Positions 14,987 through 27,185 of a stretch of DNA of 60,931 nt are shown here, piece by piece. The position numbers were made by a program, and so were the translations under genes. The stretch is from Anaeromyces robustus (Eukaryota). The notes under the pieces were generated by a model. The model was not told the origin of the DNA, ran no database searches, and saw nothing but the letters and a program-made list of their open reading frames with translations. Position 1 is the stretch's first letter. Each line of letters begins with the position of its first letter. The DNA lies in contig MCFG01000398.1 in the NCBI GenBank assembly GCA_002104895.1, positions 1 to 60,931 on the forward strand. Reading direction: 5' to 3'.

Positions 14987-16660
14987 TTTTTTTTTTTAGA
15001 CTAAGATTAATTTATTTATTTAAAATAATTAAATTAAACTTACATGTGAAATAAAAGAATATACAATATATAAAAAATATAAAAGAAAATAATAAAATTT
15101 ATTACAGGTATTAATCAAATTATAAATATTAAATAAGCAAAAAGGAAAGAAGTTAAACTTCTAACCTCACCCATTTAACGAATGACATACCATTAAAAAT
15201 TGTGTAAGAATAAATTCCATGTCTTATTTTTTCGACGTCGACGCCCTTGAAGCCGCCAAGAATGTTCTTATTATTATTATACCAATTGAGAAGAATTCGA
15301 AAGGATATATTTACAATTTGGTATAATAACAGTAAGAAAATGAAACAAACCCACAATAACCAGAACAGGAGACTCTGATGAACTTTTGATAAAGTAATTC
15401 ATGCTAATGTCTCCGTTCCATATCAATATTTAGTTTTTCAAATCCATAATTCTCATTAAGGAAAGCGTTAAGCATCAAATAATATATATTATTTTTACAA
15501 TCTTCGTCCAAGTCCATAGAAATTTCCAGTAATTTATCTTCAATAGTTCAGGGAAACTTCAAGAATAAGTCATCAGTATGATTAAGAATTGCATTTCTAT
15601 CCTGTTCAAAGGCCTTACAATTGAATATCCAATGAGAAAAACTTTACGTTTTTTCACCACAGCAAGGGCAGCACGTAGGAAAGTTTTCAAGTGTAGACTT
15701 ATTTTTAAGTAGAAACTCATAGTTAAATTGAAAACCGCTGCGTATTCTCATAATCAGAAGAACCCAAGTTGGAATTAGGGATATGATAGAGCAAGATCCT
15801 GTATATCTTTGAAAGGTCCATATTTATAATACCTTGTATATAGATGCTCTATTAGCTGGATTTTTCGTCAGTACATCTCTCGTTAAATACTTATCAGTAA
15901 TTTTCTTTATTACCTTTTAATTTCTTCTTTAAGGTACGATATTCTTTAGTCCATGAATAATAATAAAGTATAGTAGGAATATTTGTAATTAGTTCTTTAA
16001 TAATTCATGAAGATTTCCCCATTTATAGAAACAACAAATTTGAGCTATAACACAAATCGCTAAAATTAACGAGATATGGAATAGGTGCAAGTGTTAGGTT
16101 AATAGATTTATGTCCAAAACTCCAAAATAATCCTCTATTGAATATAGATTGGGCTTTTTTGGTTTTAATCTTGTTATAACCTAAAAAGGGAGAGTAGTAA
16201 TTTAAAATATCGATAATATGGGAATTCTTCATTTAAGAACCAATGGAATATTACGGTTAAGGAGAAAACGAGAGAATGAAATTATAGTCAGGTTAAGTTT
16301 TGAGTTAAAGTTAGAAATAATAAGTTTAAGGGAAAGAGAGTTATCAAAATAGGATACCAAGATATTTATAGGTGAAAATTTTTAGGAATTCTATTAATAC
16401 CAAGAAAGAAGATCGGGTCAGAATAATTAGGAGGAAGAGAGAGTTTGGTATCAACAAATGTGCTACAATAGTTGTTAAATTACCTAAAGGTCATTTCATT
16501 AGTATTAGTCCATTTGTGTACATAGGATAAAAGTGCTCTGAGTTTACTTTTAGTAGGATTAATAAGAATAATATCAAAGAGACCGCCACCACAGATTGAA
16601 TCACCATATAAAATTCCATAGTTAGAACAATTATTCAAAATATCATAAATGAATGTTAAG
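14987..16660 (-). mobile_element. Degenerate 5'-truncated non-LTR retrotransposon (LINE): RT C-half, CCHC zinc finger and poly(A) tail
   Basis: Minus-strand pieces: FIYDIL..GGLF-DIILINP..L..LL..VHKW..NEMTF (RT, FADD motif damaged), KYLGI (~16360), and CPCCGE..SHWIFNCKAF (~15605-15680). The T11 run at 14987-14997 reads as the poly(A) tail. Many stops and frameshifts. Confidence 0.82.
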
Positions 16661-16809
16661 TATTTGAATTAAATATAGATATAAGCCACATTATATCTAT
16701 TAAATAATAATTATTCAACATAACTTTATTTAATTTAATTTCAAAAAAAACACATGAATATGATAAGGTAATTAAACAAAATAACTAAATTTTATAAAGA
16801 AAGAAATTA

Positions 16810-16849
16810 TATAGGATATGATATTAAAAAAATAATATCATATCCTATA
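16810..16849 (-). terminator. Perfect 17-bp stem / 6-nt loop hairpin just downstream of the RNAP-like frame
   Basis: TATAGGATATGATATTA-AAAAAA-TAATATCATATCCTATA, separated from the TGA at 16865-16863 by 13 nt. The terminator role is inferred. Confidence 0.6.
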
Positions 16850-16862
16850 GAAAATGTTATCA

Positions 16863-17405
16863 TCAACACCTTTTTAAAGTTTTTTTAACAACATTAATAT
16901 TATTTTCATAAGATAAGAGAGTTAAGAAGCTACTATTTTGTTTTTCAACGCTGATTCTATCGACACTTAAATTATAGCCTAGATAAGTTAAATGATCAGC
17001 TAATAATTTATAATTTTTATCTACATCGATATATTCCTTGAATCTACTAAATATAACATATCTAACATTTTCTATACCTAATTCTAATTCTCTACAAGAA
17101 GGATAATAATAGTTAATTTTATATCTATCAACACCAGGAATATTTAATATTTCATTTAAGTAATCACTGTAACAAATTAATTTATCAAATAAGACATCAG
17201 TTATATCAACATCTTTGATACCAGAAACATAAATTTTAGAATTTATATCTAGAGAGAAAGATATAGTAGGTTTATTTGTTTCTATTACTAGATTATCATT
17301 TATAATACTAACATTTCCATTTAATAATTCTAAATTTTTTATTAGAGCGAAATATTCAGAAACGTCAGAATGAACTATAATACGATGGATTAATTTAATA
17401 TATAT
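16863..17405 (-). pseudogene. Divergent multisubunit RNA polymerase largest-subunit (Rpb1/beta') C-terminal region; virus or linear-plasmid-like relic
   Basis: 180 stop-free codons with no ATG/GTG/TTG start, so absent from the ORF track: ..ILNIPGVDRYKINYYYPSCRELELGIENVRYVIFSRFKEYIDVDKNYKLLADHLTYLGYNLSVDRISVEKQNSSFLTLLSYENNINVVKK. Motif order matches Rpb1 domain 5: pGVD, LGIEAaR, LlaDxMT..G, R, SFE. No introns. Confidence 0.7.
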
Positions 17406-17796
17406 TTAATCATATGTATCCTAGTAAGCGTTATGTAAATAGAAATTATATGGCTAATATATATACTGATAAATAAAAGCATATGGAAATAACTCATTTC
17501 TTTTAACTTTAAATTTATAAACATAATTTGATAGATAAAGTAAAAATTAATATATCAATTATTATTAAGAATAGTAAATATAAATATTAAAATGAAATTA
17601 ATTATAAAATAAAATAACAAAAAAGATATAGGTATAACATAATATTATAAATATATTATAAATATATATGAATATATTATGAATAATATAAGGAAAATGA
17701 TCAATTGTTTTTAATATTTTGTGAAATTGATCTGAATTGTTATATTTAGTAAACATCATTTTATAATAAATTATTACATTATATAAATAATATTCT

Positions 17797-19213
17797 GGGG
17801 AATTGTGCATTTCGGCAATGTATTTCGTAAATGTATCGCGCATTAAAATAACGTATTATTAAATGTATTATATTGTGGCTTATAAATTAAATTAATAAAA
17901 ATTTATTATATTATTAATGTTAAGATTTAAATTTATAACTTTATTTTATTAATCACGTGTAAATAGTATATTTATGTTTTATTAACATTATTTATGTAAA
18001 TATTCTTAAATTTATGTAATCATTATATTTTTTGTATTATACATTATTTTATGTAAAGTCATGTATTCACATGATATATTCTATTTTATATTTTCACCTG
18101 ACAATAATTTTATTCTTTGAAGAAGTTGTGTTTTTAATTCTTTCATATTAAATAAATGTATTAATTATTAAATATATTAAATAAATAAATTATATAAACA
18201 AAATAAATTAACAATTAAAATCAATATTTTATTTATTATTGATTTATGAAACCAATTTATTAGTGCATCTTCTTTTTATTAATATTTTCTTTTTTTTTTT
18301 TATTTAACTTATAAAATAAATAAAATATTAAGTGAAATTTAAAATTTATATTTATAATTCTTTAAATTATGAAATAAATAAGAAATGTTTTAAGGGAAGT
18401 GTGCATTTCGGCAATGTATTTTGTAAATGTATCGCGCATTAAAATAACGTATTATTTAAATGTATTATATTGTGGCTTAAATTAAATTAATAAAAAATTT
18501 ATTATATTATTAAAATCAATATTTTATTTATTATTGATTTATGAAACCCAATTTATTAGTGACATCTTCTTTTTATTAATATTTCTTTTTTTTTTTTTTT
18601 TTTATTTAACTTATGAAATAAATAAAATATTAAGTGAAATTTAAAATTTACTATAATTATTTAAATTATTAAATAAATAAAATATTAAGTGAAAATTTAA
18701 AATTTATAAATTCTTTAAATTATGAAATAAATAAAATATTAAGTGAAATTTAAAATTTATAAATTCTTTAAATTATGAAATAAATAAAATATTAAGTGAA
18801 ATTTAAAATTTATAAATTCTTTAAATTATGAAATAAATAAAATATTAAGTGAAATTTAAAATTTATATTTTATAATTCTTTAAATTATGAAATAAATAAG
18901 AAATGCTTTAATATACAAGTACTAGTAGTATATAAACTCTCTTAAAAAAATTTTTATATATATGTGGCGTTAAAATATTTATATAAATTTACAATATAAA
19001 ATGTGGCGTAAAGGACCATTCAATGCAAAAAATTTCATGTACATTGCCGAAATGCAACACTCAGTGTTTTAATATACAAGTACTAAACTCTCTTAAAAAT
19101 TTTTATATAAATGTGGCGTTAAAATATTTATATAAATTTACAATATGAAATGTGGCGTAAAGGACCTGTAAATGCAAAAAATTTCATGTACATTGCCGAA
19201 ATGCTACACTCAG
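17797..19213. mobile_element. Non-autonomous TIR element (MULE-related MITE), outer copy
   Basis: Left end GGGGAATTGTGCATTTCGGCAATGTA and right end TACATTGCCGAAATGCTACACTCAG. Same TGCATTTCG core as the 4-9.5 kb cluster. Confidence 0.75.
18394..19064. mobile_element. Second copy of the same MITE nested in the first, with an 8-bp TSD
   Basis: Termini GGGAAGTGTGCATTTCGGCAATGTA...TACATTGCCGAAATGCAACACTCAG, flanked by TGTTTTAA at 18386-18393 and 19065-19072. Contains an internal 53-bp tandem repeat (~18610-18900). Confidence 0.85.
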
Positions 19214-21023
19214 CCTTGGAATAATAAACTAATAATTCGTAATAATTTGTAGTAATTTGTAATAATAATTTGTAATAATAATTCGTAAGTTTATAATTGT
19301 TATTAGTGATTCTACATTATCATATTTTTGAAATATAATAATTATTTATCTATTATCAAAAGAAAAGAGTTCAATTTATTTAATTATTGTTGATACTAAT
19401 AAATAAATAATTGTTATTGCTATTTATTAAGAATAATAATTAGTTTATTTATCTATATCATGTTTAATTATACTTTTAATAATTATAATAATAATATCAT
19501 CATCTCTTTATTTTTATTTAAAGAATAATTTTTATTGTTTATGTATTCATCATTTTTGGTTTATTAAAGATAAAGGAAAAAAAATTTTAGTTTATACCAA
19601 TGAAATTTGATATAAAAAAAATTATTGATTAATGTTTATATTAATCCTAACCTATTACATTTTTTTCATATATATTAATTTTACTTTTAATGAAAATAAA
19701 CTTGATGTAATATAATTTGAAATAATAATCATTTTCTCTTTATATTTAAAGAAAAAGAAATAAAATAAAATATATATATAAAAAGTTCTTTTTTTAAAAT
19801 CAAAAAAAATAAATAATAATCCTTTTTTCATATAAAGTATATATAATATAAATATAATTATAATTATAGAGCTTCAAAATAACTTAATAAAAGAATATAA
19901 ATATGAAAATTTATAATAATAATTTTTGAGTTTAAATAAAAAAATTTCTTACATATATCTATATATATTGATTTTATTTTGATTAATTATCAAAATTATT
20001 TCTAAAAACTTCATGTATTTTCTTTTATTTTTTTGTTTTGGTTTATTTTAAATTAAGTAATATAAATTCTTATTTATTATTTTTATTTTTATTTATTTTT
20101 AGTTTTTTTATTTATTTTTATTATCATTCTTTTTTTTTTTTTTTTTTTTTTTTTAATCTCAATATGACATTTTAATATTGTTAAACTTTAGTGGTTAGAT
20201 TTAAACATACTAAGAATATTCTTTTTATCTTCAATTTCTTTAGTAGGAAAAATTAATTATAATAAATCAAGTATTTTAGTGTAAATAACCTTTTCATATT
20301 TCTTAAATAATTAATTAAAGTTTATCAAAATTTAATTTTCCTTTTATATCTATGCCCATATTAATATCATAAACTTTTATAATATTTTTATTTTTATTTA
20401 ATGATAATATAATGTATTATAATTATTTAAGAAGAAGAAATAAATAATTTGAAAATATATAAACTTTTTAAAAAAAATAAAAAGTTTTATTATTTTAAAG
20501 TTATTTTATAAATATTAATAATAATCTATAAAAAAAAAATAATTGTAAATATAATAATAAACAGCCAATAATTATTAGAGTTAACCATATTAATTAATTA
20601 AAAAATTATAAATATTATTAAATATTAAAAAAAAATTTTAAAAAAAGTTGACAAATAAATATTTATTCCTTTTTTTTTTTTTATTTTTATTATATCGAAT
20701 TTATTAATTCAATAATTTTTAATTATTACATATTTAACAAAATTATATACTTTTTTTTTTTTTTAAAAAAAAAAGAAAAAATAAATTATATATTTTCATT
20801 TTTGAAATAATAAACAATAAAATAATTAATTTAAAATTTTTATTTTTCTGCTTTATAATAAAAAATTAAATTTGAAATTTGATTTTTAAATTTTAGAATT
20901 TAAAAATTCATTGAAATTTTAGAATTTAAAGATTCATTGAATTTTTTTTTTTAAAATTATAAAATTATAAAATTATTCTTCTTCTTATTATTTATTATAG
21001 ATATTATATAGAAAAAGAAAAAA

Positions 21024-21908
21024 ATGTCAGAGAAAAAAACTGAATTTACCATTAAAGAAGATGGTTTTCATGGAAATTTATTTGAATGTCAAAGTGAAAA
21101 TAATCCTTATCCAAAAAAAATATTAATTATATGTTCTGGTTCTGATGGTGATTTTGAAAATTCTAAAAGTACAGCAAAAAAAATATCAGATAAAGGAATT
21201 AATTCTCTTGCATTAGGTTATTTTAATATACCTGATGGTCCTTCCATATTAAAAGAAACTCCTATTGATTATATAGGAGAAGCAGCTAACTATTTAAAAT
21301 CTATAGGTTATGAAAAAATAGGATTATGGGGAATTTCTATGGGTTCCATTTATGTTCTTTTAGGTGCAAGTTATTATCCTGATTTAATTAATTTAGTTAT
21401 AGCAGCTAGTCCTTGTTATTTTGTTGTACAAGCTATGGATAGTCAAAAAAATATTTTATATGATACAAGTGCCTATTCTTATCATCATGAAAGTATTCCT
21501 TATGAACCTTATACCGAAAATATGACTATGTTTAGAAATATCTTTGAATCTATTAAACATTTAGAACCTAATTTTTCTTATTTATATACTTCATTAATTG
21601 GTCATGTTCCAAAAGAACATATTATTCCTTTTGAAAAAATGAAAGCTCATATTCTATTATTTTCAGGTAAATTAGATAGTATATGGCCTTCCTATGAATT
21701 TAGTAATATTATTGTTAATCATTTAAAAGAAATAAATTATTCCTATCCTTATGAACATATTATATGTGAATATGGTGGTCATTTAATGGTACCATTTCCA
21801 ACTAAATTAGATAAATTTTTTAAAGCTAATCGTAAATATAAAAATGAAACAGAACAATATCGTAAAGAACATATAGAAAAAATTATTGAAACTTTTAAAA
21901 CTTTGTAA
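21024..21908 (+). CDS. Alpha/beta hydrolase of the acyl-CoA thioester hydrolase / BAAT C-terminal family (paralog 1)
   Basis: Intronless, 294 aa. GSDG oxyanion region, LALGYF..P, nucleophile elbow GISMG, GKLDSIWPS (Asp) and YGGH (His). Confidence 0.88.
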   Translation: MSEKKTEFTIKEDGFHGNLFECQSENNPYPKKILIICSGSDGDFENSKSTAKKISDKGINSLALGYFNIPDGPSILKETPIDYIGEAANYLKSIGYEKIGLWGISMGSIYVLLGASYYPDLINLVIAASPCYFVVQAMDSQKNILYDTSAYSYHHESIPYEPYTENMTMFRNIFESIKHLEPNFSYLYTSLIGHVPKEHIIPFEKMKAHILLFSGKLDSIWPSYEFSNIIVNHLKEINYSYPYEHIICEYGGHLMVPFPTKLDKFFKANRKYKNETEQYRKEHIEKIIETFKTL

Positions 21909-22166
21909 AAAAAAAAATAAAAATAAAAAAAAAAAAAAAATAAAAAAAAATATATATAAGGAAATTATATATAAAAAAGAAATATATCTATCTTTATATA
22001 TATTTAATATCTATATATAATACTATTTTTTAAATATTAAAAATTCTTATTATTTAAAGAGCAAAAAAAAAATTTTTATTTTTTATATTTCATCTTTCAT
22101 ATTTCATCTTTCATATTTAATATTTCTTCCTTTATAATTTTACTTTAATCATTATAATAATTCATG

Positions 22167-22418
<252 letters not shown>

Positions 22419-22841
22419 TTAAATTTCGTTAAAAACAACCAATTATTATAAAGGATTTTTATTTAAATAAAAGTTTTAAAAAATTATAATGGATGATTTT
22501 ACCGAAATTTTAAGTATTGTCAAAATATATTAATAAAAAGATAAAATAAAATAAAAAAATAAAATAAAAAAAAAATATATATATATATGATGAAAATTTT
22601 AATATTAAATTAATTATTAGTATTTTTATTTTTGTATTTTTATTTTATTTTATTGTTATTCATTTAAAAGTAACAACAATACTACATATAATTAATATAT
22701 ATAAAAGTATTTTTTTTTTTTTTTTTATTTGTTTAAAATAACACAAAAAAAAAAATTAATATATAATAAAAAGTATCAAACATATAAAAAAATATATATA
22801 TATATTATATTGATATTAATATATAGGTTGACCAAAAAAAA

Positions 22842-23723
22842 ATGAGTGATATTAAAACTAGTTTTAATGTAAAAGATGATGGTTTTACTGGATATTTATT
22901 TAAAAGTGAAAATGAAATATGTCCAAATAAAGCTTTAATTGTATGTACTGGTTCGGATGGTGATGTTGAATTTATAAAAGAATTATCAGAAAAATTTTCA
23001 AGTTGTGGTATTACAACCCTTGGATTATGTTTTTTTAATACACCTGATACTTCTAAAGCTGTAGATAAAGTTCCAATAGATTATATTGAAAAAGCTGCTT
23101 TATATTTAAAATCTATAGGTTATGAAAAAATTGGTATTTGGGGTATTTCTATGGGATCTGTTTATGTTCTTTTAGGAGCATGTTATTATCCAGATTTAAT
23201 ACAATATGTAATAGCAGCAAGTCCTTTATATTTTGTTTTTGAAGCTGTAGATGTTAAAAAATGTAAAATAATTAAAGGAGAAAGTTCCTTTTCTTATAAG
23301 GGAGAACCTATTCCTTTTGAACCCTATACTAATAATATGAATATGTTTATATTTATGTTTGATTTTTTAAAAAATTTTGAACCAAACTTCAGTAGAATTT
23401 ATGGACCATTAGTAGATAAAGCTAAAGAAAGTTCCATAATTCCAGTAGAAAAAATGAAAGCTAAAGTTTTATTAGTATCAGGAAAAAGGGATACTTTATG
23501 GCCATCCTATATTTCAGCGGAAAAAATCATAGAACGTTTAAAATCTAAAAATTATACTTATCCTTATGAACATCTTTCTTTTGAATATGGTGGTCATTAT
23601 ACATTACCATTTGATGCTTCTGGAGAAAAATCTTTTCAAGCTAATCGTAAATTCCCAGAAGAAAATAAAAAATATAAAGAAGAAAATTTAAATAAAATTA
23701 TTGAAGGTTTTAAAACTTTTTAA
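22842..23723 (+). CDS. Alpha/beta hydrolase of the acyl-CoA thioester hydrolase / BAAT C-terminal family (paralog 2)
   Basis: Intronless, 293 aa, colinear with 21024-21908. Motifs GISMG, GKRDTLWPS and YGGH. Confidence 0.88.
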   Translation: MSDIKTSFNVKDDGFTGYLFKSENEICPNKALIVCTGSDGDVEFIKELSEKFSSCGITTLGLCFFNTPDTSKAVDKVPIDYIEKAALYLKSIGYEKIGIWGISMGSVYVLLGACYYPDLIQYVIAASPLYFVFEAVDVKKCKIIKGESSFSYKGEPIPFEPYTNNMNMFIFMFDFLKNFEPNFSRIYGPLVDKAKESSIIPVEKMKAKVLLVSGKRDTLWPSYISAEKIIERLKSKNYTYPYEHLSFEYGGHYTLPFDASGEKSFQANRKFPEENKKYKEENLNKIIEGFKTF

Positions 23724-23940
23724 AAAAAATTTAAAAAAAAAAAAATTAAAAATTATTGATATTGATTATTTTTAAAAAAAATATCTATCTATATCTATAT
23801 ATCTATATCTATATATTTATATACATTTTTGTAAAACTTTTTTTTCTTTTTTTATTGTAATAAAAACATTAACATATTTAAAAAATTATACTATTCTTTT
23901 AAATAATGATGTAAATATAAATATAATAAGAATAATTTAA

Positions 23941-23996
<56 letters not shown>

Positions 23997-24149
23997 TGTA
24001 GATAAATAATATACTTAAATTATTAAGTTAGTAACAAAAATCTTTGTTTATTATAAAAGTTTTTATAAATTAAATATTTATATTCAAATTAAAAAAAAAA
24101 AAAAAAAGGAAATTATATAAATTTATAATAATTAATATTTATAAAAATA

Positions 24150-24990
24150 ATGTACATAGAATTTATTTATACATTAAAATTATATAATAATATCATGACT
24201 AAATTTAGAAAATACAATTCTATTTTATAATGAATTAAATAATGAATGCAATCCTAATATATTATTAGAAATTGCAAAACAAGGAATAATTTTATATGAA
24301 TCATTATTTATTAAATAAAATAAAAGATCACGAAAAAATGTAATTGAAATAAGTGTATTAGCTGTTTATTATTATTACTATTTTTTTTACAATAAATACT
24401 AATAAACAATTATCAAATTCAAATGAATCAAAATTTTTTGATAAAACATTATTAAATATTATGAAAGATCAAGAAATTTTTAAAGATATTTACAATAAAA
24501 TAAAAAGTAAAGAATACAAAAAGGAAAATTATGACTTAGTAGATAATTCTTATTAAAATAAAGGGATCCTGAAAAATACGATAAATTAAATAAATATCAT
24601 GTACTCTATCTATTATATTCCGATGACCATGAATTTGATATTGACAATTTTAAATAATTTAAATTTTAGCAAAAAATTATTTATCAAAATAATGACGAAT
24701 TTAATAGAAATATTAAATAATCCAAATTATCTGTTTGCTGTTTGATTCAAGATTTTAATACTGATAATTACACAGAATATTATTTAATAAGAATGTCATG
24801 CTTAGTTTCATTACTTCATAATAATTTTTAGGATAAAGGTATAGTAAATTTATTATTTAGTATAAATTTAGTTATACTAGACTTGAATGTAATAAAAGTT
24901 TGTTTTGTCCATATAGAGAACGTGGTGATATTTGGGAAGAAGACTAATTTATTTGATGTATTAAGTGAAACACCAAACAAAAATATTTAA
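24150..24990 (+). pseudogene. Degraded intronless coding-like sequence of unknown family
   Basis: More complex than flanking DNA, with broken frames such as DPEKYDKLNKYHVLYLLYSDDHEFDIDNFK and YTRLECNKSLFCPYRERGDIWEED. Confidence 0.35.
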
Positions 24991-25065
24991 TAAATACGTT
25001 AATAGATATTAAATTATTTTTATTTTTTTATTTTTTATTATTTTGAAAAAGAATATATACAATTT

Positions 25066-25103
<38 letters not shown>

Positions 25104-25699
25104 TCTTTTGTGCAACTTTTAAATAAAAATATATTAAATAATTATAATTATAAATGTAAATATGTTAATAATATTCTATTCTAATTAATGTAAATCATGT
25201 AACGTAACTCCTTTTTTTAACAATATATATTAAAATTTAATGGAATATAATGGAATATATTGAATATATTTAAATTAGATTAATGGAAATTTTATTTATT
25301 TGTTTTTTTATTTTTTATTTTTTTTTTTTACAAAATTTATATTAAATTCTATGATGTAACGATATGTAACGAGAGTAAAAAATAAATATTAAAAATTTTA
25401 TGATTTTAACCAATAAAATTAGTCAAAAAAAAAGTATAAAATAAAATAAAATAAAATGTATTAATAAATAAAAAAACAATAAAATAAAAATAAAAATAAA
25501 ATAAAAGATAAAATAAAATAAAATAAAAAATAAAATAAAAAAGTGTATTAATAATAAAATTTTAATTATTATTTTATATACTCAAAAATATAAAAACATT
25601 GGTTTAGATAGTCAGTGTTATTAAACAAAATAATAAATAAATTTTATATTTGAAAAGATTAATATTTTAATTAAACAAAAAAAAAAAAAAACAATAAAA

Positions 25700-26404
25700 A
25701 TGAAACTTATTATTTTATTATTAATTTTAACTATTTCTATTTCAACTTATGCTAATACGGTTAATTTCTTGAAATTATTAAAAAGAGATGTTTCTTATGA
25801 TGAAGAAGAATTCTTAAATAGTTTAGGTGAAGAATGTAGAACAGACTATGAAAATTCTGATTATTATAATAAATGTATACCTGAAATAACTTTAGAAAAT
25901 TATAAAACTTCTTGTTCTGATGTTGTTTCGGAAAAATGTCAAAAATTTTATGATGACCCTTTAAAATTTTTTCCAAAATGTAAAGATATTTCTGTATTTA
26001 AGGAATTTCATCATCCAGTTATCATGAAAACTATTCAACAAACTAATGATGTATATTGTCAAACTAATGAAGAAGGTAAATTATGTCCATATTCTTTGTC
26101 TTTAATGACAGAAAGTAATGGTCTTAAGGCTTTAGAAGATCAATGTAAATCTAAAAAATGTACTGAATCTTTACTTAAAATTTTTAAAGATATTGATATT
26201 GATCAATATACAGTCTATGAAAGCGCATCATATACTACTGGAAGTTATACTTATAATGATATAAATATAGTCAACGAATATATTTCTATTTTAGAATCTA
26301 ATACTTGTAAAGCTGAACATGTTACCAGTGATGCTATTAATATGAAATCTAATAATATTTTATTAACTCTTTTACTTTTACTTTTATTATTATATATCTA
26401 TTAG
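25700..26404 (+). CDS. Secreted, probably GPI-anchored Cys-rich surface protein
   Basis: N-terminal signal peptide (MKLIILLLILTISISTYA), dibasic KR site, regularly spaced Cys, and a candidate omega region (TSDA) followed by a hydrophobic C-terminal tail. Confidence 0.85.
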   Translation: MKLIILLLILTISISTYANTVNFLKLLKRDVSYDEEEFLNSLGEECRTDYENSDYYNKCIPEITLENYKTSCSDVVSEKCQKFYDDPLKFFPKCKDISVFKEFHHPVIMKTIQQTNDVYCQTNEEGKLCPYSLSLMTESNGLKALEDQCKSKKCTESLLKIFKDIDIDQYTVYESASYTTGSYTYNDINIVNEYISILESNTCKAEHVTSDAINMKSNNILLTLLLLLLLLYIY

Positions 26405-26555
26405 ATAGATTATATATTTAAAATAATTACAATAATATTAAAAATAGAAAGAAAAAAAAAAGAAAGAAAGAAGAAATAGAATGTGGTAAATTAATTAAAA
26501 TAGAATAAAAATAAAATAAAGTAATAAGTTTTTTTAAAACTTAAAAAAAATTAAT

Positions 26556-27185
26556 AATAAAATAAAATAAAATAAAATAAAATAAAATAAAATAAAATAA
26601 AATAAAATAAAATAAAATAAAATAAAATAAAATAAAATAAAACAAGATAAAATAAAATAAACAAATAAAAATAAAATAAAATAAAATAAAATAAAATAAA
26701 ATAAAATAAAATAAAATAAAATAAAATAAAATAAAATAAAATAAAATAAAATAAAATAAAATAAAATAAAATAAAATAAAATAAAATAAAATAAAATAAA
26801 ATAAAATAAAATAAAATAAAATAAAATAAAATAAAATAAAATAAAATAAAATAAAATAAAATAAAATAAAATAAAATAAAATAAAATAAAATAAAATAAA
26901 ATAAAATAAAATAAAATAAAATAAAATAAAATAAAATAAAATAAAATAAAATAAAATAAAATAAAATAAAATAAAATAAAATAAAATAAAATAAAATAAA
27001 ATAAAATAAAATAAAATAAAATAAAATAAAATAAAATAAAATAAAATAAAATAAAATAAAATAAAATAAAATAAAATAAAATAAAATAAAATAAAATAAA
27101 ATAAAATAAAATAAAATAAAATAAAATAAAATAAAATAAAATAAAATAAAATAAAATAAAGTAAAACAAAACAAAATAAAATAAA
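26556..27185. repeat. (ATAAA)n pentanucleotide array, ~630 bp
   Basis: Directly visible; it generates the three spurious FYFIL ORFs. Confidence 0.97.
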
